From Bispira polyomma (Eukaryota), in the NCBI GenBank assembly GCA_965649765.1, contig OZ287753.1:62930001-62994000 (forward strand): DNA of 64,000 nucleotides, in the 5' to 3' direction. The notes beneath the pieces were generated by a model, which made no database searches, was not told the origin of the DNA, and saw only the letters and a list, made by a program, of their open reading frames with translations. Of this stretch, positions 63,401 to 64,000 are shown piece after piece. Position numbers and translations under genes: made by a program. Numbering within the stretch: the stretch's first letter is position 1; the number at the start of each line of letters is the position of its first letter.

Positions 63401-64000
63401 GAATATACAATTTTCATTTAACACAACCCTTTGTACAGCTATTGTTAAACATTTCTAAACTCATATTGGATATATACTATTAATAACCTTTCAGTAATAA
63501 CTATCATTTTCTTTGTATTTGTGAGATAATTCTAGAAGTTTCAAGCTATTTAACAGTATTAACCATGTTGCCTTGAAGTATGATGCTAGGTGTCATGTCA
63601 TACAGTAAAACCTCTGTTATCTGAACATATTGGGAAATCAAGATTTTGTTTGGATAATAGAAGGTTGAAAAATGGAAGAGGTATTTTATTACAAACAATA
63701 TGAAAATGTAAATTTGAGAGAGTGAAAAGGATTTTATAAAATCGAATACTTGGATTAGAAAACGTTTCGTTTTATAATAGAGGTCTCTACTGTATTTGTC
63801 TACACAAACAGCCGTTTCCAGTGATTGCCACTGACCAAGGCAAGCGCCCTCTAGAGAGTAGACCCCCCACCACAGTGAGAGTCCAGGTGGAGAGGAATGA
63901 CCACAGTCCACAGTTCCCACAGACCCCTTACTCACGTAGCATACAGCGAGATACACAGAGAGACACTTTCTTACTGCAGGTCTCTGCCACAGACCAGGAT
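281..64000 (+). CDS. Giant multi-exon cadherin (Fat/Dachsous-like size class, atypical EC repeats); internal part only, 47 exons, ~2,715 aa, ~25 EC repeats
   Basis: 47 segments with AG/GT boundaries splice into one frame with recurring cadherin motifs (PxF, AxDxD, YxIxGD, FxIxxxxG, AxDxGxP); gene start and end lie outside the window. Confidence 0.93.
797..934 (+). CDS. Cadherin exon 2
   Basis: ctag|GANRVIRYSI...FYMSPESGQITV...QRYV|gtacgt. Confidence 0.88.
2160..2497 (+). mobile_element. tRNA-derived SINE with CORE-like central domain (second, internally deleted copy 18958-19228)
   Basis: cccttggacaaggtacttta...ctacccaggtgtgtaaaatgggtacc resembles the CORE domain; both copies share the 3' half and an (acattt)-like tail. 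Confidence 0.65.
2561..2746 (+). CDS. Cadherin exon 3
   Basis: acag|ITVEATDMGVP...VLRNNFSPEF...AEDKDNR|gtgggt. Confidence 0.9.
2670..3210 (+). repeat. Tandem array (~4 copies) of exon 3 3' end + donor
   Basis: aacaggccagtgggtgaagaggtggaggtggtgtatgctgaggacaaagat..agg|gt repeated. Confidence 0.9.
4297..4425 (+). CDS. Cadherin exon 4
   Basis: ttag|VPFSTVTYEIIGDG...FKIDENG...LEYF|gtaagt. Confidence 0.9.
5264..5443 (+). CDS. Cadherin exon 5
   Basis: acag|VRVRATDGG...VNRNLHAPVF...ASDADLQ|gtgact. Confidence 0.9.
5537..5704 (+). mobile_element. Helentron/HINE-like element; copies ~3690-3933, 7390-7505 (+), 54122-54320 (-)
   Basis: Subterminal CCTTGGC(A/G)GAGG, 3' hairpin GC(A)CTC..GAGTGC, terminal TTCTAG in T-rich site. 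Confidence 0.55.
6999..7136 (+). CDS. Cadherin exon 6
   Basis: tcag|APHKDMKYSLIGD...ALDRERRTSYS|gtaagt. Confidence 0.9.
8256..8450 (+). CDS. Cadherin exon 7
   Basis: tcag|LEIEARDEGLP...VVRNQNSPIF...ASDADEA|gtaagt (absent from ORF track). Confidence 0.9.
9123..9254 (+). CDS. Cadherin exon 8
   Basis: tcag|VDFKTITYEIVGDD...DELYR|gtaaga. Confidence 0.9.
9982..10167 (+). CDS. Cadherin exon 9
   Basis: acag|IRVVAKDNGNP...VVRNFYVPTW...ATDRDRQ|gtatgt. Confidence 0.9.
10101..10650 (+). repeat. 80/90-bp tandem array (~7 copies) of exon 9 3' end + donor
   Basis: Units start 10101, 10191, 10271, 10351, 10431, 10511, 10601. Confidence 0.95.
10997..11137 (+). CDS. Cadherin exon 10
   Basis: ttag|GTANSEVTYEAIGDD...AKNYR|gtaagt. 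Confidence 0.88.
11206..11370 (+). mobile_element. tRNA-derived SINE, family 1 (other copies 4455-4690 +, 12130-12450 -, 15916-16250 +, 59370-59610 -)
   Basis: A box TGGCCTAGCGG, B box GGTTCGATTCC, shared body gatcagaaggtccc...attggtgggataacatccttgggcaag. Confidence 0.75.
11914..12102 (+). CDS. Cadherin exon 11
   Basis: ctag|LIIVARDNGNP...VIRNDHAPSF...ATDADPR|gtaagt. Confidence 0.9.
13258..13389 (+). CDS. Cadherin exon 12
   Basis: acag|EQFGLVQYKMIGDD...SEYR|gtgagg. Confidence 0.9.
13423..13609. mobile_element. ~190-bp Tc1/mariner-type MITE family; copies ~8565-8752, 9384-9570, 13850-14007, 14870-15000, 50250-50478, 56937-57380, 57402-57587, 63603-63792, partials near 85-205 and 1040-1175
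   Basis: TIR CAGTAGAACCTCTATTATCC...GGATAATAGAGGTTCTACTG flanked by TA. Confidence 0.8.
15154..15339 (+). CDS. Cadherin exon 13
   Basis: ctag|LRIEAYDNGSP...VDRNLNAPRF...ADDADYF|gtaagt. Confidence 0.9.
15916..16250 (+). mobile_element. tRNA-derived SINE with family-1 head and a tail resembling the 3' end of the 31161-34624 LINE
   Basis: Head as at 11206; tail catga..gcgcatttaaaacag..ttgta..tgcgc..caaatg..(tattt)n. Confidence 0.7.
16255..16545 (+). repeat. Tandem array (3 copies) of exon 14 acceptor + 5' end
   Basis: aggtatgagttgatc..gaccagcttgctcagacatactttatggt repeated. Confidence 0.85.
16479..16610 (+). CDS. Cadherin exon 14
   Basis: ccag|APYNSVRYELIQD...PQYT|gtgagt. Confidence 0.9.
17600..17770 (+). 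mobile_element. L2 3' remnant
   Basis: Translates AFSVAAPTL*NNLPANIR...LKTHIF, the L2 ORF2 C-terminal pattern. Confidence 0.7.
17874..18197 (+). CDS. Cadherin exon 15 (double-length, fused half-domain exons)
   Basis: gaag|LTIQARDLASP...VYRNLNSPRF...DADNRDPYN...EIYI|gtaagt; AAG acceptor is weak, so the start is slightly less certain. Confidence 0.85.
20116..20319 (+). CDS. Cadherin exon 16
   Basis: acag|IRIQARDGDFPP...VNRNLNAPVF...GRDDDRR|gtaggg. Confidence 0.88.
20385..20760 (-). mobile_element. L2 3' remnant; related copies at 26460-26640 and 46185-46430 (both minus)
   Basis: Minus strand WNSLPVEL...RKKLKTYL plus tail gattctgttgttgcgcttt..agatgc..aataaggcg. Confidence 0.7.
21096..21233 (+). 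CDS. Cadherin exon 17
   Basis: tcag|DPYKTVYFLLIGD...AEVYD|gtaagt. Confidence 0.9.
22058..22288. mobile_element. hAT-like MITE; second copy 38092-38291
   Basis: TIR AGTAAGGAATCT(G/A)AAATTCGCCA...TGGCGAATTTTAGATTCCTTACT; two colinear copies. Confidence 0.65.
22311..22502 (+). CDS. Cadherin exon 18
   Basis: acag|LQVRLRDGGDP...VFRNKMAPVF...ATDADTI|gtaagt. Confidence 0.9.
22708..22935 (+). mobile_element. SINE family 3 (V-domain-like); degraded copies ~6690-6905, 12820-13010, 45460-45648, 60310-60445
   Basis: tRNA-like head gtggccgaatgg; shared aggtacttgc..ggttggtg..aaacctggcc..gttaaaagtga..taaaaccca and an A/T-rich tail. Confidence 0.55.
23036..23167 (+). CDS. Cadherin exon 19
   Basis: tcag|DTFETVRYRVVGDG...IYYT|gtaaga. 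Confidence 0.9.
23330..23760 (+). repeat. ~115-bp tandem array (~4 copies) of exon 20 acceptor + 5' end
   Basis: tag|tta..agtgcaggc.tatgataatggta repeated, diverged. Confidence 0.8.
23728..23913 (+). CDS. Cadherin exon 20
   Basis: atag|LRVQAYDNGTP...VNRNLRCPNW...ATDRDIL|gtaaat. Confidence 0.9.
23930..24160. repeat. Unclassified interspersed repeat; second copy 45145-45365
   Basis: Two colinear copies (atcagg..cctgat hairpin, gattggtt.gaagcaatcgaccc, aagac.actcttgt). Confidence 0.6.
24802..24939 (+). CDS. Cadherin exon 21
   Basis: tcag|PPYNTVQYTLEGD...IEYR|gtatgt. Confidence 0.9.
25445..26265 (+). repeat. ~80-bp tandem array (~10 copies) of exon 22 acceptor + 5' end
   Basis: attcagtaacatgtgtcttgtag|ctgactgtctctg repeated; 323-bp higher-order unit. 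Confidence 0.95.
26245..26442 (+). CDS. Cadherin exon 22
   Basis: gtag|LTVSGTDLGLPEPC...VFRNEKSPLF...ATDGDQQ|gtagta. Confidence 0.88.
27137..27391. mobile_element. piggyBac-like MITE; related copy ~19515-19973 with duplicated right end
   Basis: TTAA|CCTTTT...AAAAGG|TTAA; shared tgtctgttg..gcag(t/c)tgacacccc. Confidence 0.55.
27583..27714 (+). CDS. Cadherin exon 23
   Basis: atag|EPFGRINYAVIGDD...TSYT|gtatgt. Confidence 0.9.
28555..28740 (+). CDS. Cadherin exon 24
   Basis: ccag|LKVIAVDGGTPP...VERNLNAPEF...ATDVDVN|gtaagt. Confidence 0.9.
29067..29695. mobile_element. PIF/Harbinger-like non-autonomous element, ~630 bp
   Basis: TAA TSD on both sides; TIR TGCTGTGGTCACA / TGTGACCACGGCA; full-length homologue at 49173-49819. 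Confidence 0.8.
29995..30129 (+). CDS. Cadherin exon 25
   Basis: ccag|SPHNEIRYSLL...FTVDAESG...ERYE|gtatag. Confidence 0.88.
30100..30310 (+). repeat. 69-bp tandem array (3 copies) of exon 25 3' end + donor, running into a ~60-bp intronic array (31066-31154, 34625-34885)
   Basis: tactggatgacaccagtg.aagatatgag|gt.tagtgtata repeated. Confidence 0.9.
30350..31062. mobile_element. Harbinger-like MITE with internal TCGGCCGA repeats
   Basis: TIR GCCTGCGCTTCCTTTCAGCACATT / AATGTGCTGAAAGGAAGCATAGGC; TAA/TTA flanks; the empty site matches the host repeat actgtaagctagttg. Confidence 0.75.
30575..30990. mobile_element. Fold-back (long inverted repeat) element nested in the MITE above
   Basis: ~160-bp imperfect inverted arms (gcaggagaaagc..ttttattgtgattac..gatgggtaccc and its reverse complement); AGGT...ACCT ends. 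Confidence 0.65.
31161..34624 (+). mobile_element. L2-clade (CR1 group) non-LTR retrotransposon, near intact, in the intron after exon 25
   Basis: AATATG target-site duplication (31155-31160 and 34625-34630); (TATGT)n tail; 3' stem TGCGCATTT..AAATGCGCA; endonuclease plus RT ORF. Confidence 0.93.
31452..34544 (+). pseudogene. LINE ORF2 (APE endonuclease + reverse transcriptase) interrupted by one nonsense codon
   Basis: Motifs VTETW, GDLNIH, SDH, NYRPVSNL, DLSAAFDTV, YADD, LHWLP; TAA at 34146-34148 in KKL*RVQN; ORF 34266..34544 continues in the same frame; PQG motif reads PHG. Confidence 0.9.
35432..35643 (+). CDS. Cadherin exon 26 (ends in phase 2)
   Basis: tcag|FDIQVTDLGIP...VVRNRNQPSF...ARDTDQHEPFNTL-AC|gtaagt. 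Confidence 0.88.
35596..35890 (+). repeat. 62-bp tandem array (~5 copies) of exon 26 3' end + donor
   Basis: tgaaccatttaatactctcac|gtaagtact at 35623, 35685, 35747, 35809, partial at 35871. Confidence 0.95.
36300..36557 (+). mobile_element. Degraded L2 remnant
   Basis: LVSSWLDYCNSLLFG motif and the same 3' tail as the 20385 family. Confidence 0.6.
36631..36803. mobile_element. Tc1/mariner-type MITE (second family)
   Basis: TA|CAGTCAAACCC...GGGTTTTACTG|TA. Confidence 0.65.
36841..36955 (+). CDS. Cadherin exon 27
   Basis: acag|G-YSIVGDDRAPTYF...IVYK|gtaaag; AC+G completes the Thr codon. Confidence 0.88.
37685..37870 (+). CDS. Cadherin exon 28
   Basis: caag|VRVQIEDGGVPP...VLRNLFAPEF...ATDRDEK|gtaggt. 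Confidence 0.88.
38537..39695. mobile_element. Harbinger-like MITE expanded by an internal minisatellite; short copies at 17149-17347 and 56236-56342
   Basis: TIR GGGC(T/C)GTATTCAC...GTGAATACGGGCCC; 3-bp CTG/CAG TSDs at the short copies. Confidence 0.75.
38688..39648. repeat. 34-bp minisatellite, ~28 copies
   Basis: Unit CAAAATCTTAACCTTTTCA(G/T)CCAAAATCAAG(G/T)AG. Confidence 0.95.
39887..40003 (+). CDS. Cadherin exon 29
   Basis: tcag|SPHNTIMFELDHDYFAVDSTSG...RTYR|gtatga. Confidence 0.87.
40560..40745 (+). CDS. Cadherin exon 30
   Basis: ccag|LNIYAVDQGTP...VIRNDHPPQF...ARDMDER|gtaaag. Confidence 0.88.
40675..42175 (+). repeat. 152-bp tandem array (10 copies) of exon 30 3' end + donor
   Basis: Units at 40675 + n x 152; apparently identical except the last. 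Confidence 0.97.
42830..43255. mobile_element. MITE (Harbinger-like)
   Basis: TIR GCATATTTCACAGAC...GTCTGTGAAATACGC with inner inverted copies. Confidence 0.6.
43306..43437 (+). CDS. Cadherin exon 31
   Basis: ttag|DPFNKVSYEIIGDD...RVYS|gtaagt. Confidence 0.9.
43532..44298. mobile_element. Tc1/mariner-type MITE containing a 19-22-bp minisatellite (43665-44280)
   Basis: Ends GAGTGAAACTTG...CAGGTTTGACTG; internal (TAGAGGTGGTCTCTC(A/T)CTA)n. Confidence 0.7.
44625..44998 (+). repeat. ~130-bp tandem array (3 copies) of exon 32 acceptor + 5' half
   Basis: ctagccagtgatgg.gg.tctccccctaaaacag...gaaacctccacaaacc repeated. Confidence 0.9.
44904..45089 (+). CDS. Cadherin exon 32
   Basis: atag|IRVLASDGGSPP...VDRNLHKPVF...ANDEDMR|gtatgt. 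Confidence 0.9.
45697..45828 (+). CDS. Cadherin exon 33
   Basis: gcag|EPDNTVEYELVGDD...EQYN|gtatgt. Confidence 0.9.
46562..47234 (+). CDS. Cadherin exon 34 (673 nt, ~2 EC repeats, ends in phase 1)
   Basis: tcag|VYIKATDLGD...VQRNKATPMF...VIRNLNTPRF...IAKDK-G|gtcagt; overlaps ORF 46622..47257. Confidence 0.92.
47708..47859 (+). CDS. Cadherin exon 35
   Basis: acag|GT-SPQRSDDTYVDVTVLRDQGNLQF...ISTQPS|gtaagt. Confidence 0.87.
48225..48518 (+). mobile_element. 5'-truncated L2 remnant with (TTAGA)n tail
   Basis: GPLIWNSLPDHVR...FRSKLKAYLFEQAF, then aagcgctataaaa and (ttaga)n. Confidence 0.75.
49173..49819. mobile_element. Second copy of the ~630-bp Harbinger-like element
   Basis: Colinear similarity to 29067-29695, same GTGGTCACACT TIR, TWA flanks. 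Confidence 0.78.
50099..50224 (+). CDS. Cadherin exon 36
   Basis: ttag|DRVTYEITGEG...LKTYR|gtaagc. Confidence 0.88.
51068..51256 (+). CDS. Cadherin exon 37
   Basis: acag|LSIAATRVFEV...VNRNEYAPQF...ATDRDG|gtgagt. Confidence 0.87.
52225..52347 (+). CDS. Cadherin exon 38
   Basis: ccag|DTMVYEVV...FYLNPSSGVI...VDYR|gtgaga. Confidence 0.9.
52589..52774 (+). CDS. Cadherin exon 39
   Basis: ccag|FNVLARDQSEP...VQRDLRIPSF...GRDDDKM|gtaggt. Confidence 0.88.
52670..53320 (+). repeat. 142-bp tandem array (4 copies + remnant) of exon 39 3' half + donor
   Basis: Units at 52670, 52812, 52954, 53096. Confidence 0.95.
53430..53897 (+). repeat. 65-72-bp tandem array (~7 copies) of exon 40 acceptor + 5' end
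   Basis: cctacactttcag|gg.gag..gaggtacggtgt..caggacttgtaccag repeated. Confidence 0.95.
53861..53983 (+). CDS. Cadherin exon 40
   Basis: tcag|GELRYGVSG...FGVRADTGEV...SQYV|gtaagt. Confidence 0.87.
55116..55298 (+). CDS. Cadherin exon 41
   Basis: gtag|LTVFVYDDANP...MNRNEKTPRF...ATDEDG|gtaggt. Confidence 0.88.
56467..56598 (+). CDS. Cadherin exon 42
   Basis: ctag|DSVTYGISV...YFYVIPTRGQL...NNFR|gtaaca. Confidence 0.85.
57061..57316 (+). mobile_element. 5'-truncated L2 remnant nested in a MITE
   Basis: SLPSSLR...FSKKLKTHLYQLAF* plus acattaacatt tail, splitting MITE 56937-57380. Confidence 0.7.
57645..57836 (+). CDS. Cadherin exon 43
   Basis: gcag|ISIFATDSGYP...VFRNRNEPRF...ANDGDPN|gtaaga. 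Confidence 0.9.
61105..61236 (+). CDS. Cadherin exon 44
   Basis: tcag|KPFNTLTYEIIGDG...EFYN|gtaaca; CAG-AAG tandem acceptor. Confidence 0.9.
61282..61632. mobile_element. hAT-type MITE
   Basis: Perfect 8-bp TSD CTAATTTG (61274-61281 and 61633-61640); TIR TAGTGGGTAAAT(C/T)GTTT. Confidence 0.85.
61958..62143 (+). CDS. Cadherin exon 45
   Basis: gtag|LRVRVKDGGVP...ILRNFYAPFF...ARDNDEK|gtaaga. Confidence 0.9.
62098..62470 (+). repeat. 60/66-bp tandem array (6 copies) of exon 45 3' end + donor
   Basis: agagat.gttac.actgtgttagccagggac...gatgaaaag|gtaag repeated. Confidence 0.95.
63072..63215 (+). CDS. Cadherin exon 46
   Basis: ccag|SPYRDFKYAI...FGVDDTSGEV...KTWG|gtatgt. Confidence 0.88.
63812..64000 (+). 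CDS. Cadherin exon 47 (runs off window)
   Basis: acag|PFPVIATDQG...VERNDHSPQF...SATDQD. Confidence 0.85.

Noticed and set aside
281-64000. Assigning a gene symbol such as FAT4, DCHS or CDH23
   Set aside because: Diagnostic termini (EGF/LamG, TM, tail) are outside the window and the linkers are non-canonical; orthology cannot be set by eye.
281-64000. Dscam- or protocadherin-style cluster of mutually exclusive variable exons
   Set aside because: The two exon types strictly alternate and join into one continuous frame; there are no runs of same-type complete exons.

Overview
AT-rich eukaryotic (animal) genomic DNA. The repeat repertoire suggests a lophotrochozoan or mollusc-like invertebrate (inference). 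The whole window lies inside one + strand gene for a giant cadherin. I could assemble 47 GT-AG exons (281-64000, about 8.1 kb coding, about 2,715 aa) into one open frame of about 25 complete extracellular cadherin (EC) repeats. No signal peptide, transmembrane segment or cytoplasmic tail is in view. Almost every EC repeat is encoded as two phase-0 half-domain exons. The repeats are atypical: 25 of 26 inter-domain linkers read x-R-N/D instead of the Ca2+-binding D-x-N-D. They alternate in an A/B two-domain pattern, and one linker has lost all Ca2+ ligands. The most striking DNA-level pattern is that about 17 exon boundaries carry tandem arrays (roughly 40-152 bp units) that copy the splice site together with the adjacent exon end. 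Some of these arrays create in-frame alternative exons or splice sites. Introns also hold a nearly intact L2-clade LINE (31161-34624, one nonsense codon), several L2 3' remnants, tRNA-derived SINEs sharing L2 tails, and many MITEs (Tc1/mariner-, Harbinger-, hAT-, piggyBac- and Helentron-like). Two of these MITEs have spawned internal minisatellites. All exon calls and translations were made by eye, without expression data.
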